DNA of 38,431 nt from Gemmatimonadaceae bacterium (GCA_033763905.1 JANRJP010000141.1:1-38431), one strand, 5' to 3'. Shown: positions 1-10,480, counted from the first letter of the stretch. Notes: generated from the sequence alone by a model not told the origin. A program made the numbers and translations.

Positions 1-377
1 AGTACCACGACCGTATTCACTTGGCACCACGGGCAGAACGTCTGCAGCACAATCCACTCGCCGTACTTGAGTCGGATCGTGAACAGCACCGCACCGACGA
101 TCAGCACGCCCAGCGCCACCGTCGGCGCCACGGCGTCCTGCCACTTGCCGAGGACGCCCCACAGTGCCACCGCGACGATCGCTGCGTGGCCCACCGCGCC
201 AATCAGCGCGGTGTCGACGCCAAGAAACCAGCCGTACGACGAGAACTGCGCAATCTCGCAGCCGTGATTCGCTGTACAGGCGAGCGATCCCACCACGCCC
301 TTCTTCCAGAGGTGCAGGTACGTCGCCACGAACGACGACACCAGACTCGCAAGCGCGATGAGTTGGCGCGGAGACAT
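1..377 (-). CDS. Vitamin K epoxide reductase (VKOR) family membrane protein, 3'-truncated at window edge
   Basis: Translated by hand (absent from the ORF track): MSPRQLIALASLVSSFVATYLHLWKKG...LACTANHGCEIAQFSSYGWFLGV...LQTFCPWCQVN. It has the loop Cys pair C-x5-C, the CPWC active site and several TM helices. Confidence 0.88.
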   Translation of the reverse strand, partial: MSPRQLIALASLVSSFVATYLHLWKKGVVGSLACTANHGCEIAQFSSYGWFLGVDTALIGAVGHAAIVAVALWGVLGKWQDAVAPTVALGVLIVGAVLFTIRLKYGEWIVLQTFCPWCQVNTVVV

Positions 378-406
378 ACCGGACAATATCGACGGGGAGG
401 CCGGTC

Positions 407-1024
407 TCAGAACAGCCCGAGTTGCGTCACAGGCGCGAAGCTTTGCCGATGATGCCGGGTGGCGCCGAGGCGCTGCAGGGCCGCCAGATGCTCTGGTGTG
501 CCGTATCCGGCGTTGCGCGCCCACCCGTACCCATCGTGCCGCGCCGCCAGCCGCGTCATCAGCGCGTCGCGCAGCACCTTCGCCACGATCGACGCGCAGG
601 CGATGCTGTAGCAGGTCGCGTCACCCTTCACGATCGCGGTGTGGGTCGTGCCCAGTCCACGCACCGGCCGGCCATCGACGACGACGTGGTCGCAGACGAC
701 ACCGAGCCGCGCAATCGCACGGCGCATCGCGAGCGTGGTGGCCTGCAGGATGTTGAGGCGGTCGATCTCGGCGACCGACGCGGCGCCTAGGCCAACGGCG
801 AGCGCCTCTCGGCGAATCACGGCGGCCAATCGCTCGCGATCGGCGGCGCGCAGCTGCTTGGAGTCCGCCACGCCGGCAATGCGTCGGCCCATTGGCGGCA
901 TCACGACGGCACAAGCGACAACGGGGCCCGCCAAGGGGCCCCGTCCGACTTCATCGAGGCCGGCCACGCACTGCGCGCCGGCCTCGCGGAGGTCCTGCTC
1001 ATATGGGCGCCACCGAGCGCCCAT
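407..1024 (-). CDS. rnhB: Ribonuclease HII
   Basis: GLDEVGRGPLAGPV, DSKQL, VDG, KGDA..SIACASIVAKV.RD and GYGT motifs. The ATG at 1024 lies just after the rplS stop. Confidence 0.95.
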   Translation of the reverse strand: MGARWRPYEQDLREAGAQCVAGLDEVGRGPLAGPVVACAVVMPPMGRRIAGVADSKQLRAADRERLAAVIRREALAVGLGAASVAEIDRLNILQATTLAMRRAIARLGVVCDHVVVDGRPVRGLGTTHTAIVKGDATCYSIACASIVAKVLRDALMTRLAARHDGYGWARNAGYGTPEHLAALQRLGATRHHRQSFAPVTQLGLF

Positions 1025-1028
1025 CGAA

Positions 1029-1406
1029 TTACTGCGCCGCCGCTCCGGCCGTGGCGCGCGGAGCCGCCTTGCGCTCCTTGATGCGCCCCGCCTTGCCGGT
1101 GACCGAGCGGAGGTAGAACAGCTTCGCACGACGCACGCGGCCGCGACGGACCACCGTCACGTCGGCGATCATCGGGGAGTGCACCGGGAAGATGCGCTCG
1201 ACGCCAACGCCGTTCGAAATCTTGCGGACGCAGAAGGTCGCGCTGACGCCACGGCCCTTGCGGGCAATGCAGACGCCCTCGAACGCCTGCAGGCGCTCCT
1301 TTTCACCTTCCTTCACGCGGACGTTCACGCGGAGGGTATCGCCGGCACGGAAAGCGGGAATGTCGGTCCGCGTCCAGGCCTTTTCGGTTTCGCTGAAGGA
1401 ATGCAT
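1029..1406 (-). CDS. rplS: 50S ribosomal protein L19
   Basis: [53 protein letters not shown]. Confidence 0.97.
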   Translation of the reverse strand: MHSFSETEKAWTRTDIPAFRAGDTLRVNVRVKEGEKERLQAFEGVCIARKGRGVSATFCVRKISNGVGVERIFPVHSPMIADVTVVRRGRVRRAKLFYLRSVTGKAGRIKERKAAPRATAGAAAQ

Positions 1407-1574
1407 CGTTTTGCTCCGGTTATTCACCGCAGCGTTTCGGGCCGCGGCGCTCGGGGGGCTACCCCCGGGATATCTCTAGACAGCCTCTCAACTTAAGTGC
1501 TCATCGACCGGGACGCTAGTGAGGCCATTCAGGCCGGGAACCGAGGGTCCGGGGTCGCTGGTATCATTGGTCGA

Positions 1575-2393
1575 ATGCTGCACCAGACCCGCCGCCTTGG
1601 CCTGTTCGGGCGTGCCCTGTCCCTCGGGATGGCGCTCACCCTTGGGACGGTTCGGCTCGGCGCCCAGTCGCCCCCAGAAGGCGTCACGGTGGCCGACTCG
1701 CTGCGGATGGACATCGACGCCGCCGTCGCGACCAACGACCCGGGGACCCTTCGGCGAGCCCGCGTGGCGGCCGAGCGGGCGGCCCTGCGGTTTCCGGGGG
1801 ACCCGTGGGTGGGCTACTACCGCGCCTACGCCGCCTTTCGCGAGGCGGGGCTCCTGCTCAGCACCGCGCGCGCGAAAGAAGTCTCGGCGTTCCTCAATCC
1901 CGCCGTACAGGCGATTGAAGACGCGCTCGACCGTGTCCCGAGCGCCGAAGGCTTCGCCCTGTTGTCGGCGTTGCAGGGACAGCGCCTGACGGCGTCCGGG
2001 AGCGCCTTCACCGCCATCCGTCTCGGGCCGTCCGTCCTGCGCGCGATTGGCAAAGCCGAGGCGTTGGCCCCGACCAATCCCCGGGTCTGGTTGCTGAAGG
2101 GGATCAACGCGTACAACGCGCCGTCGGCGTTCGGCGGTGGGCAACAGAACGCCGAACAGCACCTCCGAAAGGCCATCGCGCTCTTTGCGACCTTTCGGGC
2201 GCCGATCCCCGCGCCGACGTGGGGATTGGCCGATGCGTGGATCTGGCTCGGGCGCTCTCTGCAGGCGCAGGGAAGGCCGGCGGAGGCGCGTGCGGCGTAC
2301 CAGACCGCCGTGCAGTTGGAACCGTGGAACCTGTGGGTGACGGGGACATTGCTCCCGTCGCTCGACCGGGGCGCGCGCAAGACGGGCGCCTAG
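1575..2393 (+). CDS. Secreted tetratricopeptide-repeat-like protein
   Basis: N-terminal signal-like segment and helical TPR-like repeats (AEALAPTNPRVWLLKG; AWIWLGRSLQAQGRPAEARAAYQTAVQLEP). Start codon uncertain. Confidence 0.7.
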   Translation: MLHQTRRLGLFGRALSLGMALTLGTVRLGAQSPPEGVTVADSLRMDIDAAVATNDPGTLRRARVAAERAALRFPGDPWVGYYRAYAAFREAGLLLSTARAKEVSAFLNPAVQAIEDALDRVPSAEGFALLSALQGQRLTASGSAFTAIRLGPSVLRAIGKAEALAPTNPRVWLLKGINAYNAPSAFGGGQQNAEQHLRKAIALFATFRAPIPAPTWGLADAWIWLGRSLQAQGRPAEARAAYQTAVQLEPWNLWVTGTLLPSLDRGARKTGA

Positions 2394-2425
2394 TCGCGGG
2401 CTCGTAGCGCGAGCGCCGGAAACAA

Positions 2426-2460
2426 CAACGGCCGGCCCGGCAGTGCCGGACCGGCCGTTG
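2426..2460 (-). terminator. Hairpin terminator between the convergent TPR and subtilase genes
   Basis: CAACGGCCGG-C-CCGGCA/TGCCGG-A-CCGGCCGTTG inverted repeat, followed by TTGTTT on the minus strand. Confidence 0.65.
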
Positions 2461-2474
2461 CACGCGCGGCGCGA

Positions 2475-3656
2475 TCAGTAGTTCGTGAAGAGCAACAGGT
2501 TTGGCGAATTCCGGCCCGCGCTCGTCACGACGTTGGCCGTCGCGTTGGCCACCAAGGCGCTCCGCACCGTGGCCGGCGACGCGGTCGGGTTGCCCTCCAG
2601 GTACTGCGCAGCAACGCCCGCAACGTGCGGCGACGCCATCGACGTGCCGCTGATGGTCGTCGTGGCCGTGTTCGACGTGTACCACGCCGACGTGATGCTC
2701 GAGCCCGGCGCGAAGATGTCGAGGCAGCGACCGAAGTTCGAGTACGACGCGCGGGCATCCGTGCTCGTCGTCGCGCCTACGGTGATCGCGACACCGGTAC
2801 GGGCCGGCGAGAAGTTGCAGGCGTCACGGTTGCTGTTGCCGGCGGCAACCACGAACGTCACGCCAGCCGCCACGGCATTCGCGACCGCGTTGTCGAGCGC
2901 CGTCGAGGCACCACCACCGAGCGACATATTCGCGACGGCCGGCTTGATGTGGTTCGCACGCACCCAGTCCACGCCAGCGATCACGCCGGAGTTGCTGCCC
3001 GAGCCCGCGCAATTGAGTACGCGGACACCGATCAGGGTCGTACCCTTCGCCACGCCCCACGTTGTGCCGCCGACCGTGCCCGCGACGTGCGTCCCGTGGC
3101 CGTTGCAATCCACGCCGTTGCGCCCGTCACCCACGGCGTCGTAGCCAGCCGTGGCGCGTCCACCGAAATCCACGTGCGACGGCAGGATGCCGGTGTCGAT
3201 CACGTACGACCGGACGCCGGCACCGGTGGCGGTGTAGGTGTAGGTTGTGCTCAACGGCCGCGCGCGCTGGTCAATCCGATCCAGCCCCCACGTCGCGCCG
3301 GTCTGCGTCGCGTTGATCGACACGTAGCGATCCTGCTCGACGAAGGCCACGGACGGATCGGCCTTGATCTGCTCGAGCTCCGAGTCGCTGACCCCGCGGA
3401 GCACTGCCCCGTGCAGGGCGCTGCGGTACTCGTACAGGAGGCTGGCCTCGCCGTCGGACACCAGGCTCGCCACGGTGTTGATGCGCCCCACGACATCATC
3501 CTTGTACACGATGATGTACTGTCCCGCGATCGGCTGCTCGGCCAGGTCGAAGGTGGACTCCGCCAAGGGGGCATCGGTGGCGGGGGTCGGCGCGTTGGTC
3601 TCGGCGCACGCGGCGACAGTCATTCCCAGCAGGGCCAGCACGGACGTCTTGCGCAT
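2475..3656 (-). CDS. S8 subtilase (aqualysin/proteinase K-like) lipoprotein with I9 prodomain
   Basis: Lipobox VAAC, I9-like prodomain (GQYIIVYK), TWGLDRIDQR, and the catalytic triad VIDTG / HGTHVAG / GTSMASPHVAG. Confidence 0.93.
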   Translation of the reverse strand: MRKTSVLALLGMTVAACAETNAPTPATDAPLAESTFDLAEQPIAGQYIIVYKDDVVGRINTVASLVSDGEASLLYEYRSALHGAVLRGVSDSELEQIKADPSVAFVEQDRYVSINATQTGATWGLDRIDQRARPLSTTYTYTATGAGVRSYVIDTGILPSHVDFGGRATAGYDAVGDGRNGVDCNGHGTHVAGTVGGTTWGVAKGTTLIGVRVLNCAGSGSNSGVIAGVDWVRANHIKPAVANMSLGGGASTALDNAVANAVAAGVTFVVAAGNSNRDACNFSPARTGVAITVGATTSTDARASYSNFGRCLDIFAPGSSITSAWYTSNTATTTISGTSMASPHVAGVAAQYLEGNPTASPATVRSALVANATANVVTSAGRNSPNLLLFTNY

Positions 3657-3781
3657 TACACACTCCGTCTCGAGGGGGGAACGGGACGACCACGGTTCAG
3701 TAACGGTTCGTCCCAGCCCCGAGACGGTGCGGCCGGGGGCTTCAGTCCGCAAGACCGGATCGGGTAGGTCCCCCCCCGACC

Positions 3782-4438
3782 TTAACGGCGGCGATCGCTC
3801 CGCCGGGCGCCCTCAGCCGCCCGCCACGCCGCGATCTTCGCGTGGTCGCCCGACAGGAGCACCTCGGGGACCACGTGGCCCCGATATTCCGGTGGGCGAG
3901 TGTACGACGGGGCCGAGACGCCGTCCGTCTCGTAGAACGAATCGGTACGCGCCGATTCGAAGTCGCTCATCGCGCCCGGAATGAGCCGGACCACGGCATC
4001 GACGATCGCCAGCGCCGCAGGCTCCCCGCCCGACAGCACGAAGTCGCCGAGAGAGATTTCCTCGGTCGCCAAATGATCGGCCACCCGCTGGTCGACGTCC
4101 TTGTAGTGCCCGCAGAGCAAGGTCAGCTCGGTGCCCGCCGCAAAGCGCGTCGCGTCGGCCTGGGCAAAGGTGCGGCCGCGTGGCGACAACAAGACGATGG
4201 GCGACGTCGCGCCCAGCGCCTCGACCGCTTCGAAGAACGGCCCTGGCTTCATGACCATTCCGGGGCCGCCGCCGTACGGATAGTCGTCCACCGTGCGATG
4301 CCGGTCGTGCGTGTAGTCGCGCAGATCCACCACGCGATACTGCACCCCGCCCGCGGCCGCGGCCTTCGCCGGAATCGAAATCGACAGCGGCGCCGCGAAG
4401 AACTCGGGGAAGATCGTGACGATGTTGATCGTGAGCAT
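3782..4438 (-). CDS. trmD: tRNA (guanine-N1)-methyltransferase
   Basis: VDDYPYGGGPGMVM, LCGHY..VDQRV, SLGDFVLSGGE, YTRPPEY..VPEVLLSGDH. Confidence 0.97.
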   Translation of the reverse strand: MLTINIVTIFPEFFAAPLSISIPAKAAAAGGVQYRVVDLRDYTHDRHRTVDDYPYGGGPGMVMKPGPFFEAVEALGATSPIVLLSPRGRTFAQADATRFAAGTELTLLCGHYKDVDQRVADHLATEEISLGDFVLSGGEPAALAIVDAVVRLIPGAMSDFESARTDSFYETDGVSAPSYTRPPEYRGHVVPEVLLSGDHAKIAAWRAAEGARRSDRRR

Positions 4439-4441
4439 CGC

Positions 4442-5014
4442 TCAGCGCTCGAAGAGGCCCGCAGGCGGATCCAGCACAATGCGGCCAGCGGCGGCATCGG
4501 TCTCGACGACGATCGCCTCGACGAAGGGCACCAGCACGGGGCCGCTCGCGGACGCCACTTCGAGCAGCAGCCCCTGCGGTACTTCGAACACATCCCGCAC
4601 GCGGCCGAGCGACGCGCCCGACACATCCACGGCGTCGAGCCCGACGAGATCGTGCACGAACACCTCACCGTCGTCCGGCGCCGACAGCTCGTCTTCGGGC
4701 ACGAGCAAGTAGTGACTGCGGAGCTTCTCCGCCGCGGTGCGGTCGGGGAACTCCTCGAAGCGCACGAGCCAGCGGTTGCCGGCATCGCGCGCCGACGCGA
4801 CGGTCAGCGCCACCGGCTGCCGTGCCGTGGCGCCCGCGGTGGCGGTGAGCGGCTTGCCGCTGGCGGTCCCCGCAAAGACGCGAGAGCCGGGCGCGAAGAT
4901 CGCGTCCGGCTCGTCGGTCATCGGCTCCACGGCCAGTTCGCCGCGGATGCCGTGGGGCTTGAGAATCCGCCCGACGGCGGCGAGCAGCGGCGCTGCGCCG
5001 TCGGACGGAGTCAT
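4442..5014 (-). CDS. rimM: 16S rRNA processing protein RimM
   Basis: VGRI.KPHGIRGEL and C-terminal PRC barrel (LVPFV). Lies between rpsP and trmD. Confidence 0.93.
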   Translation of the reverse strand: MTPSDGAAPLLAAVGRILKPHGIRGELAVEPMTDEPDAIFAPGSRVFAGTASGKPLTATAGATARQPVALTVASARDAGNRWLVRFEEFPDRTAAEKLRSHYLLVPEDELSAPDDGEVFVHDLVGLDAVDVSGASLGRVRDVFEVPQGLLLEVASASGPVLVPFVEAIVVETDAAAGRIVLDPPAGLFER

Positions 5015-5020
5015 TCGGCG

Positions 5021-5329
5021 TTACTCGCCCTTGGCGGGAACCGCAGCGGCCTTGAGCTTCGCGGCCTGACGGGTCTCGTGGCGCGCCTTGAGCACACCCG
5101 CCTTGCGGAGCAGCGAGCGCACCGTGTCGGACGGCTGCGCCCCATTGTCGAGCCAGTAGTTGGCGCGCTCGGCTTCGAGCTTCACGGCCTCGTCACCCCG
5201 ACGCTTGGGATCGTACTGACCGATGATCTCGATGAACTTGCCATCGCGCGGCGAGCGCGAGTCGGCGACGACGATGCGGTACTGGGGGGCGTTCTTGCGC
5301 CCGATACGGCGGAGACGAATGCGAACCAT
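5021..5329 (-). CDS. rpsP: 30S ribosomal protein S16
   Basis: [40 protein letters not shown]...[10 protein letters not shown], with GAGG SD upstream. Confidence 0.97.
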   Translation of the reverse strand: MVRIRLRRIGRKNAPQYRIVVADSRSPRDGKFIEIIGQYDPKRRGDEAVKLEAERANYWLDNGAQPSDTVRSLLRKAGVLKARHETRQAAKLKAAAVPAKGE

Positions 5330-5422
5330 CGATCTGTCCTCAAGCTGAGGTGTTGGGTCCTGCGCCGGAGCTCCTCGCGTGCACGGCAATCGCCGCACCG
5401 CACTCCGGTCCTGCGTGCGCGT

Positions 5423-6751
5423 TCAGCGCAAAAACATACCGGGCGGCATCCCCATCCGGCCACCGGCCGCCGCCTTTTTCATCATCTTGCGCATCTCGCG
5501 GAACTGGTCGAGCAAGCGGTTCACTTCGCTCACCGGACGCCCCGACCCCTTGGCGACCCGCGACCGACGCGACCCATTGAGCAGCGTCGGATCCTTGCGC
5601 TCTTCCTTCGTCATCGAGAGCACGATCGCCTCGAGATGCTTGATGCGCTTCGGGTCGACGTTCGCCTGCGCGAGCATCTTGCTGTTCACCCCGGGCAACA
5701 TCTTGAGGATCGACTCGAGCGGTCCCAGGCGCTGCATCTGCTTCATCGCGCCGAGGAAGTCCTCGAGGTCCATCCCTTCCTTCTTGACCTTCTTCGCGAG
5801 CTTCTTGGCTTCGTCTTCGTCAAAGGCCGCCTGCGCCTTCTCGACGAGCGTGAGGACGTCACCCTGCTGCAGGATGCGTCCCGCCATCCGGTCGGGATGG
5901 AAGTCTTCGAGCGCGTCGGTCTTCTCACCGGTACCGACGTACTTGATTGGCCGCTTGATCGTGCCGTAGATCGACAGCGCGGCACCACCACGAGCGTCGC
6001 CGTCGAGCTTGGTCAGAATCACACCGGTGACGCCGAGCGCATCGTTGAAGCCCTGCGCCGTCTTCACCGCGTCCTGACCGGTCATCCCATCGACGACGAG
6101 CAGGATTTCGTCCGGCTTGATCGCGTCCTTGAGGGCCTTGAGCTCGGCCATCATCTCGTCGTCGATCGTCAGGCGGCCGGCAGTGTCAACGAGCACCACG
6201 CGATCGCGTTCGCGGCGCGAGACCTCGAGCCCCTGACGCGCGATCTTCACGACGTCGGTGGTCGAGCGGTCGGTGTAGACCGGCACACTCAACTGCTGGC
6301 CTAGCGTCTCGAGCTGATCGATCGCGGCGGGGCGATACACGTCCGCCGCGATCATCCGCACCTGCCGCTGTTCGCCGAGGAGCTTCTTGGCGAGCTTGGC
6401 CGTCGTCGTGGTCTTGCCTGAGCCTTGCAGGCCGACCATGAGCACGACGGTCGGGGGCACGGTCGAGAGCTTGAGCCCCTCGCGGCGCTCGCCGAGCATT
6501 GCCACGAGCTCGTCGTAGACGATCTTGACCAGCTGCTGCGCCGGTTGCACCGACTTGAGCTGGGTGATGCCGACGGCCTTCTTTTCGACCCGCTCCAGGA
6601 ACTCGCGCGTGAGCTGGAACGACACGTCCGCTTCGAGCAGGACGCGACGCACCTCCCGGAGCCCCTCCTTGAGGTCGGCTTCGGTCAGGACCCCCTTCCC
6701 GCGCAGGCGGGCGAAGGTCTGGCTGAGTTTCTCGGACAGCTCGTCGAACAT
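5423..6751 (-). CDS. ffh: Signal recognition particle protein
   Basis: GLQGSGKTT, DTAGR, TKLDGDARGG and the M-domain SRRSRVAKGSG. Confidence 0.98.
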   Translation of the reverse strand: MFDELSEKLSQTFARLRGKGVLTEADLKEGLREVRRVLLEADVSFQLTREFLERVEKKAVGITQLKSVQPAQQLVKIVYDELVAMLGERREGLKLSTVPPTVVLMVGLQGSGKTTTTAKLAKKLLGEQRQVRMIAADVYRPAAIDQLETLGQQLSVPVYTDRSTTDVVKIARQGLEVSRRERDRVVLVDTAGRLTIDDEMMAELKALKDAIKPDEILLVVDGMTGQDAVKTAQGFNDALGVTGVILTKLDGDARGGAALSIYGTIKRPIKYVGTGEKTDALEDFHPDRMAGRILQQGDVLTLVEKAQAAFDEDEAKKLAKKVKKEGMDLEDFLGAMKQMQRLGPLESILKMLPGVNSKMLAQANVDPKRIKHLEAIVLSMTKEERKDPTLLNGSRRSRVAKGSGRPVSEVNRLLDQFREMRKMMKKAAAGGRMGMPPGMFLR

Positions 6752-6814
6752 AGCCCCGGAAGTTAACCCACCCCGGACAGGCGAAACAAGTTGCGGGACA
6801 ATAGGTTACGGGGC

Positions 6815-9250
6815 GTGACGTCCTCCCGGTCCGACCTCCTCCGCACGGAGCTCCCGGCCCAGCTGCCCCTGATGGCGCTGCGGAGCACGATCGTCTTCCC
6901 TCTGGGCACGATCGCGGTCCAGATGGGCGCGCCCGAGAACCTCGCCCTGCTTCGGGCCAACCCCGAACCGGGCCTGCTCGTCGCCCTGGTCGTCGCCAAC
7001 GACGACGAAGCGGCCGACCCGGAGCGTTTGGTCGGCAAGGTGGGGGTGGCTGCTCGGGTGCACGAGCGGCTGAACCTGCCGAACGACACGATCCAGATCA
7101 CGCTGCAGGGGCTCCGGCGACTGACCATCCAGGAAGTGGTCGCCGCCACGCCCTTCGTGACGGCGCGCGTGCGTGCGGCCGAGGACCAGCTCCCCGATAT
7201 CACGCGCACCGGGGGACTGGTCACGCAAATCATTACCGCGGCCGAAGGCCTCGCCGGCTTGGGCGAGCGGGTGCCGAAGGACGTCCCGCAGATCCTGCGG
7301 ATGAACGTGGCCGACCCGGGCCGCTTCGCCGACCTGGCCGCGACCAACCTCAACTTCAAGATCGCCGACCGCGACGCCGTCCTGCAGCGACTCGATGTCG
7401 CCGAGCGACTCGCCTTCGTGCTCTCACGCCTGACCGACGACGTGGAACAGGCGCGGGTGCTCGACGACTTGAAGAAGTCGACCGACAAGAAGATCGAAGC
7501 GCACCAGCGCGAGTTCTATCTGCGGCAGCAGTTGCGCGCGATTCAGACCGAGTTGGGTGAAGCCGACCCCGGCGAACGCGAAGCCGCCGAGTTGCTCGAA
7601 AAGATCAGCGCGGCGGCCCTGCCCGACGAAGCCGCGCGCGAAGCGCGCCGCGAGGTCGAACGCCTGCGGCTGCTCTCGCCGGCGGCGAGCGAGTACCACG
7701 TCATTCGCACCTACCTCGACTGGGTGCTCGCCCTGCCGTGGCACGCCCGCAGTGGCTCGGATGACATCTCGCTTGCCACCGTCGAGTCCGCGCTCGATCG
7801 ACGGCACTGGGGACTCGCCGAAGCCAAGGAGCGCATTCTCGAGTACCTCGCCGTGCGCAAATTGCGTGGCGGTGACCCGCTCGGTCCCATCCTCTGCTTC
7901 GTCGGCCCGCCGGGCACCGGCAAAACCTCGCTCGGCGAGGCGATTGCGGAGTCGATCGGCCGGACGTTCTACCGCATTTCCGTGGGCGGCGTCCGGGACG
8001 AGGCCGAGATTCGCGGCCACCGACGCACGTACGTTGGGGCAATGCCGGGACTGATCGTTCAGGCGCTCCGCCGCGCCGGCACGCGCGATGCCGTGCTGAT
8101 GATCGACGAGATCGACAAGATGTCGTCGGGCGGCCCAAGCGGTGACCCGACGGCGGCGATGCTGGAAGTGCTGGACCCGTCGCAGAATCGCGGCTTCGTC
8201 GATCACTACTTGAACCTGCCCTTCGATCTGTCGTCGGTGCTGTTCATCTGCACGGCGAATGCGCTGTACGACATTCCGCCGGCGCTGCGCGATCGCCTCG
8301 AAGTGATCCGCATCAGCGGCTACACGATCGAGGAGAAAGTCGAGATCGCGTGGCGCTACCTGCTCCCGCGTCTGTTCGCCGAGCACGGGATCACCGATCG
8401 CGACTTGCAGTTCACCGACGAAATTCTCGCGTACATCGCCAGGCGCTGGTCGCGCGAAGCGGGATTGCGCAATTTCGAACGCCAGGTGGCGACGCTGATG
8501 CGCAAGCGCGCGCGGCGGAAGGCCGACGGCGAAGAGGGCGCGTGGGTGCTTGACGCGGCGCGCGTGGAGTTGCTGCTCGGACCGCCGCGGCACGCCGTGG
8601 ACGAGGCCGAGCGCGAACCCGAGGTCGGCGCCGCGACCGGCTTGGCGTGGACCGCCGACGGGGGGGAGCTGCTCACGATCGAAGCGCTCCGAATGCCCGG
8701 TACGGGCAAGCTCGCCATCACCGGCCAGCTGGGCGACGTGATGCGCGAGTCGGTCGAAGCCGCGCATTCGTACGTGCGCTCTCGTGGCGATGCCGTGGGG
8801 ATTCCGGCCGACGTGTTCACGTCCACCGACATTCACGTGCACTTTCCGGCCGGCGCCACGCCGAAGGACGGCCCGTCGGCAGGGATCGCCGTGACCCTCG
8901 CGATTGCAAGCGCACTCTCGCGGCGCCCCGTGCGCCGCGACATCGCGATGACCGGCGAGATGACCCTGCGCGGCCGCGTGCTCGAGATTGGCGGCGTGAA
9001 GGAGAAAGTGCTGGCCGCCTATCGCGCGGGCCTGCGCGACGTCGTGCTGCCTCGGGCCAACGAGAAGGACCTGCGCGAGCTCCCCGACGAAGTGCGCGAG
9101 CGCACCGCCATCACGCTCGTGACGACGATGGATGATGTACTCGCCTTGGCGTTGTTGCCGCCTGTCGTCCGCGCCGACGCGCCGGCGCCGGCGTCCGACC
9201 GGTCAGTTCCCGCCGACCTGCACGCGCGCGAGATCCACCAGCTCGGTTGA
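6815..9250 (+). CDS. lon: ATP-dependent Lon protease (LonA)
   Basis: LAN domain, Walker [10 protein letters not shown], Walker B DEIDK, catalytic PKDGPSAG and IGGVKEK. GTG start inferred. Confidence 0.96.
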   Translation: MTSSRSDLLRTELPAQLPLMALRSTIVFPLGTIAVQMGAPENLALLRANPEPGLLVALVVANDDEAADPERLVGKVGVAARVHERLNLPNDTIQITLQGLRRLTIQEVVAATPFVTARVRAAEDQLPDITRTGGLVTQIITAAEGLAGLGERVPKDVPQILRMNVADPGRFADLAATNLNFKIADRDAVLQRLDVAERLAFVLSRLTDDVEQARVLDDLKKSTDKKIEAHQREFYLRQQLRAIQTELGEADPGEREAAELLEKISAAALPDEAAREARREVERLRLLSPAASEYHVIRTYLDWVLALPWHARSGSDDISLATVESALDRRHWGLAEAKERILEYLAVRKLRGGDPLGPILCFVGPPGTGKTSLGEAIAESIGRTFYRISVGGVRDEAEIRGHRRTYVGAMPGLIVQALRRAGTRDAVLMIDEIDKMSSGGPSGDPTAAMLEVLDPSQNRGFVDHYLNLPFDLSSVLFICTANALYDIPPALRDRLEVIRISGYTIEEKVEIAWRYLLPRLFAEHGITDRDLQFTDEILAYIARRWSREAGLRNFERQVATLMRKRARRKADGEEGAWVLDAARVELLLGPPRHAVDEAEREPEVGAATGLAWTADGGELLTIEALRMPGTGKLAITGQLGDVMRESVEAAHSYVRSRGDAVGIPADVFTSTDIHVHFPAGATPKDGPSAGIAVTLAIASALSRRPVRRDIAMTGEMTLRGRVLEIGGVKEKVLAAYRAGLRDVVLPRANEKDLRELPDEVRERTAITLVTTMDDVLALALLPPVVRADAPAPASDRSVPADLHAREIHQLG

Positions 9251-10480
9251 CGTGCCGGCGGGGACGTCCACGTAGAGGACGGCGGGTCGCCCCTGCACTT
9301 CCACTGCTTCGACGCGGATCGCGCGACCGCGCACATCCACGTAGAGCTTGCCCGACTTGCCCAACGGCCGATACGTCTTCGGTCGGAAGCGTGCGATGAC
9401 CGAGCGGTCGGCGAGCTGGTAGAACTCGCCCGCATCCACTGGCGTGTCCCACACCGTCAGCCACACCAGGCCTTCGCCGGTCGGGAATCGCAGGACCTGA
9501 TACGCGTCCCCGTCCCAGCCACCGGCGCCGCGCGCGGCCGTCGGCTGGTCCTGCAGATGCTGGTAGATGAACAGCCGCGTCTCGAACTCGCCAAGCCCGT
9601 TCTTGTACGCGACCTGCCCCGCGGACGGGGCGGGCAGTGTGAGCGTCGTCGGCGCATCCACGCTGTCACCGAACAGCTTCTCGGGATGCATCACCTGCTC
9701 GGTCGACGCCGGCATTCGCGTCAGCGGGGATTGGCCGGGGAACTTCTGCTTGAACGCCCGCATCCACTCCGCGCCGCTGAGATACGGGAAGATCAGCGTT
9801 TCCTGAATCAGGAACGGTGCCGCAGCGAAGCGCGGCATCGTCGCCGAGTTGTCGCGAATCTGCTGTCGAATCATCTCCCAGCCGCCGGGCATACGCGCGG
9901 CCAGGTTGCCTTCGCCCAGCATCACCGAGAACTGCTCGTAGATCGCCTGTCCCTCGATGATCGCCTGCGTCGCCATCGCGCGATCGTTCGGCAGCTCCGC
10001 CTTCTGCACCGAATCGAGGTTGAAGTGCTGGTCCTGCAGCGCGTGGACCAGCTCGTGCGCAATCGTCAGGCCGGTGAGATCGTCGGCCTGCCCCTTCACG
10101 ACGAACAACTTCTTGACCGCCGGATCGTAGTAGCCGACGATCTGTTCGCTGAGCAGTTCGAGATACAGGGCCTTGAGGTCGAGCGTGTCGGGCAGCAGCC
10201 CCAAGGTGCGATACACCGACGCCTGCAACTCGATCTCGCGCGCCTGACGGCTCTTCTCGAACTCGCCTTCGAGGAAGCTTCGCACCTCGTCGCGCGAGCG
10301 CTCCTCGAGCACCGGCGCGGTCTTGAACGCGAGACCCGTCGCCTGTTCGATCTTGGGCAACAGCTTGCGCACCTGCGGCGCGTACGGTCCGTCATAGCTG
10401 ACGGTCGTCGACGATGAGGAGCTGCACGCGGCGACAGCCGCAGCCAAAAGCACGAGCGTCAGAACACGCCGAGTCGACAC
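9203..10480 (-). CDS. Putative zinc-metallopeptidase-like lipoprotein
   Basis: Lipobox VAAC with poly-Ser linker, GYYDP, AHELVHALQDQHF (HExxH) and downstream IIEGQA. Confidence 0.75.
   Translation of the reverse strand: MSTRRVLTLVLLAAAVAACSSSSSTTVSYDGPYAPQVRKLLPKIEQATGLAFKTAPVLEERSRDEVRSFLEGEFEKSRQAREIELQASVYRTLGLLPDTLDLKALYLELLSEQIVGYYDPAVKKLFVVKGQADDLTGLTIAHELVHALQDQHFNLDSVQKAELPNDRAMATQAIIEGQAIYEQFSVMLGEGNLAARMPGGWEMIRQQIRDNSATMPRFAAAPFLIQETLIFPYLSGAEWMRAFKQKFPGQSPLTRMPASTEQVMHPEKLFGDSVDAPTTLTLPAPSAGQVAYKNGLGEFETRLFIYQHLQDQPTAARGAGGWDGDAYQVLRFPTGEGLVWLTVWDTPVDAGEFYQLADRSVIARFRPKTYRPLGKSGKLYVDVRGRAIRVEAVEVQGRPAVLYVDVPAGTSTELVDLARVQVGGN

Noticed and set aside
3842..6304. 820-aa plus-strand ORF
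   Set aside because: Antisense shadow of trmD-rimM-rpsP-ffh; Arg/His-rich with no motifs.
5330..6814. SRP RNA near ffh
   Set aside because: No SRP helix-8 motif (CAGG...GGAA...AGCAG) in the flanking intergenic DNA.
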